Positions 25,190-31,976 of a DNA stretch of 32,000 bases are shown in pieces. The notes under the pieces were generated by a model. The model searched no databases. It saw only the letters and a list, made by a program, of their open reading frames with translations, and was not told where the DNA came from. How positions within the stretch are numbered: the first letter of the stretch is position 1; each line of letters opens with the position of its first letter. This DNA comes from Candidatus Saganbacteria bacterium. Lineage in GTDB: Bacteria; Margulisbacteria; WOR-1; JAKLHX01. Made by a program: the position numbers and the translations under genes. The DNA is taken from positions 146,379 to 178,378 of the forward strand of contig JAPLKZ010000010.1 of assembly GCA_026387835.1 (NCBI GenBank), in the 5' to 3' direction.

Positions 25190-25845
25190 ATTTTATACCC
25201 GATCCCGCGGACAGTATGCAAAAGAGGTTTTTTTGACCCTTTGTCGATCTTATCCCGCAAATATTTAATGTAAACATCAACAATATTGCTTTCAGGGCTG
25301 AAATCATAACCCCACACATCTTCGAGTATTCTTGTTTTTGAGACCGGCCTCGGAGAATTTTCCATCAGGAATTTAAGAAGCTTGAATTCTGTCGCGGAAA
25401 GTACGACATTCTTTTTATCTCTCTTAACTTCAAAAGTGTCGGGGTCTAAAATAAGATCGGCTACTCTTATCTCCCCTGATACGGTGCCTTTTCTCCTTGT
25501 AAGAGCTTTTATCCTTGCAAGAAGCTCCGCAAAGGAAAAGGGTTTTGTCATATAATCATCGGCGCCGGCATTAAGGCCCGCTATCTTTTCTTCGATGCTG
25601 TCTTTTGCTGTGAGCATGATTATCGGACATTTTTTTCCGTTAATTCGCAGTTTTTTGCAGACCGTGATCCCGTCTATTTTGGGCAGCATAACATCAAGGA
25701 TCACCGCGTCGTAATCGCCCTCCTGTGCCATAAAAAGGCCTTCTTCACCGTCAGAAGCGGTCTCAACCGTAAAATGCTCCGCTTTCAGGCCTTTTTGAAT
25801 GAAAGCGGATATTTTTCTTTCATCTTCTATGATCAATATCTTCAT
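25174..25845 (-). CDS. OmpR/PhoB-family response regulator
   Basis: MKILIIEDE...DAVILDVMLPKIDG...LTAKD, with a winged-helix C-terminus (LTRRKG...LSATEFKLLKFLM...VRGIGYK). It overlaps the kinase start by 16 nt. Confidence 0.9.
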   Translation of the reverse strand: MKILIIEDERKISAFIQKGLKAEHFTVETASDGEEGLFMAQEGDYDAVILDVMLPKIDGITVCKKLRINGKKCPIIMLTAKDSIEEKIAGLNAGADDYMTKPFSFAELLARIKALTRRKGTVSGEIRVADLILDPDTFEVKRDKKNVVLSATEFKLLKFLMENSPRPVSKTRILEDVWGYDFSPESNIVDVYIKYLRDKIDKGSKKPLLHTVRGIGYKICGQD

Positions 25846-25871
25846 TTCCTGAAGATTATATCATGAATGAC

Positions 25872-25889
25872 TTCTAATGAAATTCTAAT
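25872..25889. promoter_or_regulatory. direct repeat TTCTAAT-N4-TTCTAAT (11-bp phasing), candidate response-regulator box
   Basis: TTCTAATGA at 25872-25880 and TTCTAATCA at 25883-25891. It sits between the divergent regulator gene (ATG at 25845) and the small-peptide genes, about 33-50 nt upstream of a TATACT -10 candidate (25922-25927). Confidence 0.4.
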
Positions 25890-25968
25890 CATCCTTTAAC
25901 ATCCGTTTAATGACGCGAGAATATACTAAACGCAGATAGTTTGATATTAGTTAAGGGAGGTGAGTTCA

Positions 25969-26169
25969 GTGGGTAAGAAAACGATCGCAATGTGCATGGC
26001 AGTCTTTTTTTTAGCGTCCATGTCTTATGCATCTCCAAAAACTTGCGAAAATACCGGTGACAAGACCTGCAATCCCGCAAAAGCAAAAGTGATGAGAATG
26101 AAAAAAATGGCACCTAAACTTGGAAAAACAGCAACAACAGAGGCTGGAAAGATGTCCGTAAAGAAATAA
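25969..26169 (+). CDS. small secreted Lys-rich peptide 1 (66-aa precursor)
   Basis: GTG at 25969, 8 nt after GGAGG (25956-25960). Signal peptide (M)GKKTIAMCMAVFFLASMSYA. Mature part SPKTCENTGDKTCNPAKAKVMRMKKMAPKLGKTATTEAGKMSVKK. Confidence 0.55.
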   Translation: MGKKTIAMCMAVFFLASMSYASPKTCENTGDKTCNPAKAKVMRMKKMAPKLGKTATTEAGKMSVKK

Positions 26170-26213
26170 GCGGATTTTCCGGATTTAATTACATACGCGA
26201 GGAGGTGAGTTTA

Positions 26214-26393
26214 ATGAAAAAGATAGTAAGTGCTTTATTGGTAGCCGTGGTTTGCTTTGGTATAGTAGCATCATCCCCTGTTTTAGCGAAAAGGCTTCAC
26301 AAGACAGCGGTGAAAGCAACAAAACCTGCGGTAACAGCTATAGCAGCCCCAGTTAAGGCGGCCCCGGTTAAGGCGGTCCCGGTTAAGAAATAG
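26214..26393 (+). CDS. small secreted Lys-rich peptide 2 (59-aa precursor) with A/VPVKA repeats
   Basis: ATG at 26214, 8 nt after GGAGG (26201-26205). Signal peptide MKKIVSALLVAVVCFGIVASSPVLA. Mature part KRLHKTAVKATKPAVTAIAAPVKAAPVKAVPVKK. A strong terminator follows. Confidence 0.6.
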   Translation: MKKIVSALLVAVVCFGIVASSPVLAKRLHKTAVKATKPAVTAIAAPVKAAPVKAVPVKK

Positions 26394-26418
26394 TCCGGAC
26401 CCAGGACAAAATTAAAAG

Positions 26419-26445
26419 CAGGGGATTAATTTCCCCTGTTTTTTT
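26419..26445 (+). terminator. intrinsic terminator
   Basis: CAGGGGA TTAATT TCCCCTG followed by a T7 run, 26 nt after the peptide 2 stop. Confidence 0.85.
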
Positions 26446-26476
26446 CTTGATCATTCATTTTCCCGAAGCAACATAA

Positions 26477-26485
26477 TGGTATAAT
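26477..26485 (+). promoter_or_regulatory. extended -10 TGGTATAAT, 6 nt before the ATG at 26492 (leaderless)
   Basis: Plus strand reads tggtataat ttttat ATG. There is no SD. Confidence 0.55.
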
Positions 26486-26491
26486 TTTTAT

Positions 26492-26989
26492 ATGTTAAGG
26501 AAGATAACGGAAAAGGCCCGCGGCTGGCAGACAAGGTTCAGCTTCGGTTCTACATCGGCAATAATAACTAACCTTGCGCTGATGGCTGGCCTGCATATGC
26601 AAGCCAACGCAAAAATAAGCATAATCGGCGGCATCCTGGTGATAGCTCTTGCCGATAATATCGCCGATTCTTTCGGCATCCACATATTCCAGGAATCCGA
26701 GAATATCGAGACAGGCGAGGTCTGGATCTCCACTTTTTTGAACTTTATTTCCAGGGCTCTCATTTCATTTGGATTTATAGCATTGATATTAATTCTGCCG
26801 CTTAATACGGCAATAATATCTTCGATCGTTTTGGGCCTTCTTCTTCTTGCCGCGCTGAGTTATTTGATCGCAAAGAATGAGGGAGATAACCTGTATTTGC
26901 CTGTTCTTACCCATGTTCTCACAGCTATCGTTGTGATATTTTTAAGCAATCTCGCGGGTGATTTTCTTATCAGCAGGTTCGGAAGATAA
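26492..26989 (+). CDS. short VIT1/CCC1-like (DUF125-type) membrane protein, divergent
   Basis: 165 aa with about 4-5 TM segments. FSFGSTSAIITNLALMAGL and LVIALADNIADSFGIHIFQESE line up by eye with the VIT1 motifs (xFGxNDGxxSxxxLxxG and AGAxSMAxGEYxSxxSQ), but the acidic and polar ligand residues are substituted. Confidence 0.45.
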   Translation: MLRKITEKARGWQTRFSFGSTSAIITNLALMAGLHMQANAKISIIGGILVIALADNIADSFGIHIFQESENIETGEVWISTFLNFISRALISFGFIALILILPLNTAIISSIVLGLLLLAALSYLIAKNEGDNLYLPVLTHVLTAIVVIFLSNLAGDFLISRFGR

Positions 26990-26992
26990 AAT

Positions 26993-28120
26993 ATGTCTTA
27001 CTCTAAAAAAACAGTAGGATTTTTCTATTTAACAACTTTACTGGCCGGATTTGTCTTATTACTTTGCCACAATGAAGTTTTGGCCTGTAGCCGCGTTCTA
27101 TCTTCTAATAACGGCCATGCAGTTTTATGCGGACGGAACATGGATTGGCCGGATAACACTCCAACAGATCTATGGATTTTACCCCGAGGGATACAACGCG
27201 ACGGTATGATCAGCAAAAATTCTCTCAAATGGACGTCGAAATACGGCAGTTTGGTTGTCGTTTCATCCACAATAGGCAAATGCATCGTTAGTGACGGCCT
27301 GAATGAAAAAGGATTAGCAGCCAACCTGCTCTGGCTCGGTAATAGTGATTATGGGGTTAGGGACGAAAAACTTCCCGGCTTGTCGGTCAGCCTCTGGGCC
27401 CAATACTGCCTTGACAATTTTGCCACGGTTGATGAAGCCATCCGTGCTTTTCAAGATTCATCCTACCAGGTTGTAACATTGTCGATCCCTGTGGGCAAAA
27501 AATTCGATAAAGCCACGCTCCATCTCTCGTTGGAAGATAAAGCCGGCGATTCGGCGATCATTGAATACATCAACGGAAATCCCGTTATTCATCACGATAG
27601 AAACTATGCTGTCATGACCAACGATCCGCCTTTTGAGGGGCAACTCGCCAACCTTAAGCAATATGAAGGTTTTGGCGGAAAAAAACCGCTGCCGGGAACT
27701 ACCTCGGCCTCTGACAGATTTGTACGTGCCTCGTATTATTTAAAATATCTGCCGAAGCCGAAAGATCTGCGTGAAGCTGTGGCCGGAGTTTTTAGCATCA
27801 CGCGCAATGTTTCCCAACCTTTCCGTGACATGTCGGATCCGAAATTCTATACTTCAGCAACCATCTGGAGGAGCGTCGCCGATTTAAGCGATAATATTTA
27901 TTTCTACGAATCGACAATGAGCCCCAATGTTGTCTGGGTAGAGTTAAATAAATTTGATCTAAGTGAAGGCGCTCCGACTATGAAAATCGATTTAAACAAC
28001 AATTATACTCTTGCTGGCGATGTCACAAAACAGGCAACGAAAGCGCAACCGTTTGAATTTATATCTTCGGAAATAAATGTAAAAGAGTTGATACAACAAC
28101 AATCCGGGAAAATTAATTAG
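26993..28120 (+). CDS. linear amide C-N hydrolase, choloylglycine hydrolase / penicillin V acylase (Ntn) family, exported
   Basis: The signal sequence ends ...NEVLA|CSRVLSSNNGHAVLCGRNMDWPD. The nucleophile Cys followed by the GRNMDW context is typical of this family. The gene starts 3 nt after the previous stop. Confidence 0.8.
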   Translation: MSYSKKTVGFFYLTTLLAGFVLLLCHNEVLACSRVLSSNNGHAVLCGRNMDWPDNTPTDLWILPRGIQRDGMISKNSLKWTSKYGSLVVVSSTIGKCIVSDGLNEKGLAANLLWLGNSDYGVRDEKLPGLSVSLWAQYCLDNFATVDEAIRAFQDSSYQVVTLSIPVGKKFDKATLHLSLEDKAGDSAIIEYINGNPVIHHDRNYAVMTNDPPFEGQLANLKQYEGFGGKKPLPGTTSASDRFVRASYYLKYLPKPKDLREAVAGVFSITRNVSQPFRDMSDPKFYTSATIWRSVADLSDNIYFYESTMSPNVVWVELNKFDLSEGAPTMKIDLNNNYTLAGDVTKQATKAQPFEFISSEINVKELIQQQSGKIN

Positions 28121-28209
28121 CTTACTATATTTAGACATTTGATGTTTAAATATTATAGGCCTTTTTAAGGCTTATTCGGCTTCTATATTTCAAGGCAAAA
28201 ATATTAACA

Positions 28210-28218
28210 TGATATAAT
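28210..28218 (+). promoter_or_regulatory. extended -10 TGATATAAT upstream of tsaD
   Basis: It lies 26 nt before the ATG at 28245. No clear SD is present in the leader. Confidence 0.4.
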
Positions 28219-28244
28219 TCATTTTATGAAAGAAAATTGCTGAT

Positions 28245-29309
28245 ATGTTCCTGCTAGCCATCGAAACATCCTGCGACGAGACTTCCGCTGCTGTTGTCGA
28301 GGATGGTACGAAAATATTATCTAATATCGTTTCCTCGCAGACCGAATTCCACAAAAAATACGGCGGGATAGTTCCTGAAATTGCATCGCGCAAGCATATC
28401 GAATCAATAAGCGCTGTCATAAAAGAAGCTATGGATAAATCGGGCGTTATGTTCAATAATATTAATGCGGTAGCCGTGACTTTCGGGCCAGGACTTCCGG
28501 GTTCACTTCTTGTCGGTCTCTCGGCCGCGAAAGCCATTTCCTATTCACTTAAGAAACCGCTTATCGGCGTAAATCATCTTGAAGGTCATATATATGCGAA
28601 TTTCTTAAACAGTCCTTCAGCCCCTCGACTCGCTACACTCGCTCGGGGCAAGCGCTTCAGCCTTCAGTCTTCAGCCTTTCCCTTCATCAGCCTCATCGTC
28701 TCCGGAGGTCATACTCAGATAGTTTTAGTCAAAGATCATTGTGAATACCGGACCATCGGCAGGACCCGCGATGACGCCGCAGGAGAAGCGTTTGATAAGG
28801 TATCCAGGTTTCTTGGCCTGGGATATCCTGGAGGGCCGATAATAGACAGGATCGCAAAGACCGCAGACCCGGGTGCCGTTGATTTCAAAAGACCGATGCT
28901 GGACGACGGTTATGACTTCAGCTTTAGCGGTATTAAAACAGCGGTCGTTTATTATGTCAAAAAACACTCCCCTCTCCCTGTCAAGGGAGAGGGGACGGGG
29001 GTGAGGGTTCACGATCTTGCCGCTTCTTTCCAGCAAGCCGTTATCGAAACCCTTGTTGAAAAAACTATCCGCGCAGCAAAAGAAAATAACGTAAAAACAA
29101 TAGCGCTTGCCGGAGGTGTCTCAGCTAACAGCCTTCTAAGAAAGATGATGAGTGAAAACTGCAAAAAGCAAGGGATCGTTTGCATTATCCCGCCATTGGA
29201 ACTTTGTACGGATAACGCAGCGATGATCGGATGCGCCGGATATTTCAGGTTGAAAAAGGGATATACTTCTGATTACAACCTGGCTATTTTATCCACTGCA
29301 AAACTATAA
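28245..29309 (+). CDS. tsaD: tRNA N6-adenosine threonylcarbamoyltransferase
   Basis: MFLLAIETSCDETSAAVVEDG...KYGGIVPEIASRKHIE...GVNHLEGH...SGGHTQ...DDAAGEAFDK...GYPGGP...FSFSG...AGGVSAN...CTDNAAMI. Confidence 0.95.
   Translation: MFLLAIETSCDETSAAVVEDGTKILSNIVSSQTEFHKKYGGIVPEIASRKHIESISAVIKEAMDKSGVMFNNINAVAVTFGPGLPGSLLVGLSAAKAISYSLKKPLIGVNHLEGHIYANFLNSPSAPRLATLARGKRFSLQSSAFPFISLIVSGGHTQIVLVKDHCEYRTIGRTRDDAAGEAFDKVSRFLGLGYPGGPIIDRIAKTADPGAVDFKRPMLDDGYDFSFSGIKTAVVYYVKKHSPLPVKGEGTGVRVHDLAASFQQAVIETLVEKTIRAAKENNVKTIALAGGVSANSLLRKMMSENCKKQGIVCIIPPLELCTDNAAMIGCAGYFRLKKGYTSDYNLAILSTAKL
28614..28674. repeat. GC-rich insert flanked by CCTTCAG direct repeats, plus a 3-copy heptamer array, in frame within tsaD
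   Basis: Plus strand reads CCTTCAG(28614-20) cccctcgactcgctacactcgctcggggcaagc GCTTCAG CCTTCAG TCTTCAG(28654-74). It encodes PSAPRLATLARGKRFSLQSS between the HLEGH and FPF..SGGHTQ motifs. Confidence 0.6.
28969..28994. repeat. perfect 11-bp inverted repeat (REP-like palindrome) in frame within tsaD
   Basis: CCCCTCTCCCT GTCA AGGGAGAGGGG, followed by ACGGGGGTGAGGG. It encodes SPLPVKGEGTGVRV in a variable loop. Confidence 0.8.
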
Positions 29310-29423
29310 ATAATCTCTTTCTAATCCCTGCCCTTCCTTTTTCCGCTTGCCCTGAGCCTGATTTGTTCACCACTAAAATATAAATTACACGAAATTTCGA
29401 GCGGGAAATAACGATATTGAAGT

Positions 29424-30605
29424 ATGAACATGTCTAGACCTATCAAACCTGTTGTCAGATCGCCATTACCCTCAATGGTTGTTTTGAAAGAGGATCTTTT
29501 GGCAAGAAGGGTACTTTATGGCCGACCGGCTGTTCGACCTTCTCAAGAAGCTGTCAACAATGCCATTTTAGAGGAAGAGGAAGGGTATTCGGGGTTGGAC
29601 CCGCGTAAACTAGACTTGATCGAAACCAACAGAAGGCCGATTATGGGAGCATTAAGAGCTGTTGAATTGCCGACCTTTCATGAATTTATCCCGCTAAACG
29701 CTGATTGCGTCGTTGAAATCGGAGCTGCCTCGAATTTCCTTTACAGGAACGTGCTGGATGAGCCGTTAAAAAGAATATGGAATCCGTTCGAAATAAACCT
29801 GGAAATTATTCGGACTAATAACCTGTTCGCACAACCTGGTATGATTCTGAGATCCGGTTCGGCCTACCGTCCGCTGTCTTCCGTGAAGGATGGCACCGCA
29901 GATGCCTGGGTAGGGCATTCTTCATATGATAGTATCGGTTTTTTGGAGATAGCTCTGCGTAATGCCGTGCGGTATCTGAAGCCCGGAGGAGTATTTATTC
30001 ATATCCAAGATGTTGTTCCCGCTAGTTTCCCTTCTCAGAGATATGTTCAATATTCATTGGGTGAAATGGATGTTAAATTACTTTCAATGGAATGCTTTTG
30101 CGGGAATAGCATTTTTCCCACAAAAGACGGGATCAATCCTCTTGATCCATATATTGATTTAAACGAGAGATTGATTGAAGCGATGAAAAAGAATGGATTG
30201 AATATCGTCAAGGATTCATTGGGAATTGGCGTATGGGTAGGCCCACGGGAAGATAGGCATGACTCTGACAAGAGAGATCTTGAAAAAAATTATTTCTTAT
30301 GGAATAAAGGCAAGCTTTTCTGTGCTGAAACGCTAATTTCTGAGGATGATAATCCGCCGCTCAAAGCCTTCTTGTGTGCACTAAAAAAAAATTCATCCAT
30401 TACGTTAATTGAAGACAAAAAAATAAGCTGGTCCTCGTTTTTAGCACTTATGAGGGGACGGAAGCGTTCCACTGTTCGATTAGAGCCTCATTCATACAGT
30501 GTCGACATGGATCATCCTGTAATTATATATCCTGCAAGTCTTCTTAAACAAGCCGGATTCGTTCAGGAAATTTTTATGGCTGATATCGTTGTTGGAACAA
30601 AGTAA
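29424..30605 (+). CDS. orphan protein with class I methyltransferase-like core and degenerate SAM-binding loop
   Basis: 393 aa. CVVEIGAASNFL sits where motif I (V/I-L-E-x-G-x-G-x-G) is expected. ADAWVGHSSYDSIGFLEIALRNAVRYLKPGGVFIHIQD resembles the post-motif III LKPGG region. The ~190 C-terminal residues are unrecognised. Confidence 0.6.
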   Translation: MNMSRPIKPVVRSPLPSMVVLKEDLLARRVLYGRPAVRPSQEAVNNAILEEEEGYSGLDPRKLDLIETNRRPIMGALRAVELPTFHEFIPLNADCVVEIGAASNFLYRNVLDEPLKRIWNPFEINLEIIRTNNLFAQPGMILRSGSAYRPLSSVKDGTADAWVGHSSYDSIGFLEIALRNAVRYLKPGGVFIHIQDVVPASFPSQRYVQYSLGEMDVKLLSMECFCGNSIFPTKDGINPLDPYIDLNERLIEAMKKNGLNIVKDSLGIGVWVGPREDRHDSDKRDLEKNYFLWNKGKLFCAETLISEDDNPPLKAFLCALKKNSSITLIEDKKISWSSFLALMRGRKRSTVRLEPHSYSVDMDHPVIIYPASLLKQAGFVQEIFMADIVVGTK

Positions 30606-30650
30606 AATATATTTTGCAGATCTTTGGCGGCCGAAGGGTTGGGGTGAGGG

Positions 30651-31589
30651 CTACTTTACTTCCATCTCCGCAAGTAATTTCGATATTGCCCCGGCAAATT
30701 CCTTAGTCTCCGGCTTTAAGAGGTCTTCGAAGCTATAGGCTGCTCTTCCTTTTTGGAAAGAGAGCCGTATTTCCTGGGAGTAGAACATTTCCAGGGTCTT
30801 TTCGGAGTTTTCCTCTATCAGTCTTGCGAGCATCTTGGCTATTGAATTTTTATCAGAATATGAGAAACATAACGAAAATGTTTTGAATTCAACAGAATTC
30901 CCGTTCAATTGATCGATATATGAGGAAATGTCATCCGAAGAATAGAAATATTTGCCTTTCTCAAACGGCACTCCGTATGAAACCATCATCTTTTTTAGGT
31001 CTTCCATGCTTCTTTCCATCATTTTCACGGTCTCCGACGGCGGGTAGATCACATAACGCTTCCACAGAGAACCGTTGAGCATCGCAAAAGCCCATCCTGT
31101 CCTGTTGTAAGCCCTGGCAAAATACAGAACCCCGAGGCTTTGCGAAGATATCTGGAGTCGCTTTTCCGAGTTGTAATTTGATGCTGTCGTCAGGACTTGC
31201 TGGATCCATTTATCCGCGTCGCTGAACAACTTGATCTGCCTGTATAGCTCAATGACCGATCCTTCGACGTAACGGTTGGTGATTATCCCCTTCCTGTATG
31301 CTGACGCGATATAGAACGGAAATACCAACGATGCGGTCCTGTTATCGACATTGCTGCTGTTCAACATTTTATCCGCAATAGCAAGGACAGAATTATATGC
31401 GTACAGCGAGTTCTCAAGAGTGTCCATATTCTCGCGCATGAGGGCTTTGTAATAGACGCTTTTGATCAGGTTTATCTTTGAGGCCACCGACGCTTCGGGT
31501 GAAGTGACCGAAATGATTTCTTCCGTGGGAGCCGCGATCGAAACGCCAGCGCACACAATCATCAGTAGAATGATAAGTGTTTTTTTCAT
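30651..31589 (-). CDS. secreted orphan protein (312 aa), predicted mostly helical
   Basis: Start set at ATG 31589 (MKKTLIILLMIVCAGVSIAAPTEE signal peptide). The 30 upstream codons of the track ORF run into the gatC promoter. No family recognised. Confidence 0.65.
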   Translation of the reverse strand: MKKTLIILLMIVCAGVSIAAPTEEIISVTSPEASVASKINLIKSVYYKALMRENMDTLENSLYAYNSVLAIADKMLNSSNVDNRTASLVFPFYIASAYRKGIITNRYVEGSVIELYRQIKLFSDADKWIQQVLTTASNYNSEKRLQISSQSLGVLYFARAYNRTGWAFAMLNGSLWKRYVIYPPSETVKMMERSMEDLKKMMVSYGVPFEKGKYFYSSDDISSYIDQLNGNSVEFKTFSLCFSYSDKNSIAKMLARLIEENSEKTLEMFYSQEIRLSFQKGRAAYSFEDLLKPETKEFAGAISKLLAEMEVK

Positions 31590-31644
31590 TTTAACTCTTA
31601 ATTTATTCATAATATCACAAATAGAAATGCACAGTAAAGTATTA

Positions 31645-31650
31645 TATAAT
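31645..31650 (+). promoter_or_regulatory. -10 TATAAT, 6 nt before the gatC ATG (leaderless)
   Basis: Plus strand reads tataat tgggtc ATG(31657). A weak TAGAAA lies 17 nt upstream. There is no SD. Confidence 0.5.
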
Positions 31651-31656
31651 TGGGTC

Positions 31657-31971
31657 ATGAGCGTCTCGAAAAAAGACACGCAGTACGTTGCGCTTCTTGC
31701 AAGGCTTGGCTTGTCGGAAGATGAAGAAGTATCTTTCGCAAAACAGCTTAACGATATTCTCGGCTATATCGATATAATAAATTCCGCGGACACAAAGACC
31801 GTTTCACCTGCGGCACACACGCAGCTGACCGGATCGATACAAGAAAAAAAGACCCCGATGAGGGATGACAAGGCTTTTCCGTATAAAGACACAAAAAAAA
31901 TACTGGACATTGCTCCTCACGTTGAAAACAATATGTTCCGTGTCCCCAGGATCCTTGAAACGGAAGAATAA
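31657..31971 (+). CDS. gatC: Asp-tRNA(Asn)/Glu-tRNA(Gln) amidotransferase subunit C
   Basis: MSVSKKDTQYVALLARLGLSEDEEVSFAKQLNDILGYIDIINSADTKTVSPAAH. Length is 104 aa. The internal start of track ORF 31462..31971 was used. Confidence 0.9.
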   Translation: MSVSKKDTQYVALLARLGLSEDEEVSFAKQLNDILGYIDIINSADTKTVSPAAHTQLTGSIQEKKTPMRDDKAFPYKDTKKILDIAPHVENNMFRVPRILETEE

Positions 31972-31976
31972 CAAAA

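Noticed and set aside
19606-29325. Additional single TTCTAAT copies (about 19606 and 29319-29325) as further response-regulator sites
   Set aside because: A 7-mer recurs by chance several times in this window, and these copies lack the 11-bp-phased partner.
28998-30650. Shared 10-mer GGGGTGAGGG (28998-29007 and 30641-30650) as proof of a repeat family
   Set aside because: Hundreds of repeated 10-mer pairs are expected by chance in 32 kb. It is retained only as a weak hint in one finding.
31462-31656. 65-codon extension of the gatC ORF, and the 30-codon extension of the 342-aa ORF (31590-31679)
   Set aside because: The two extensions overlap each other on opposite strands and cover the promoter elements. 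The internal starts give a canonical GatC N-terminus and a canonical signal peptide.
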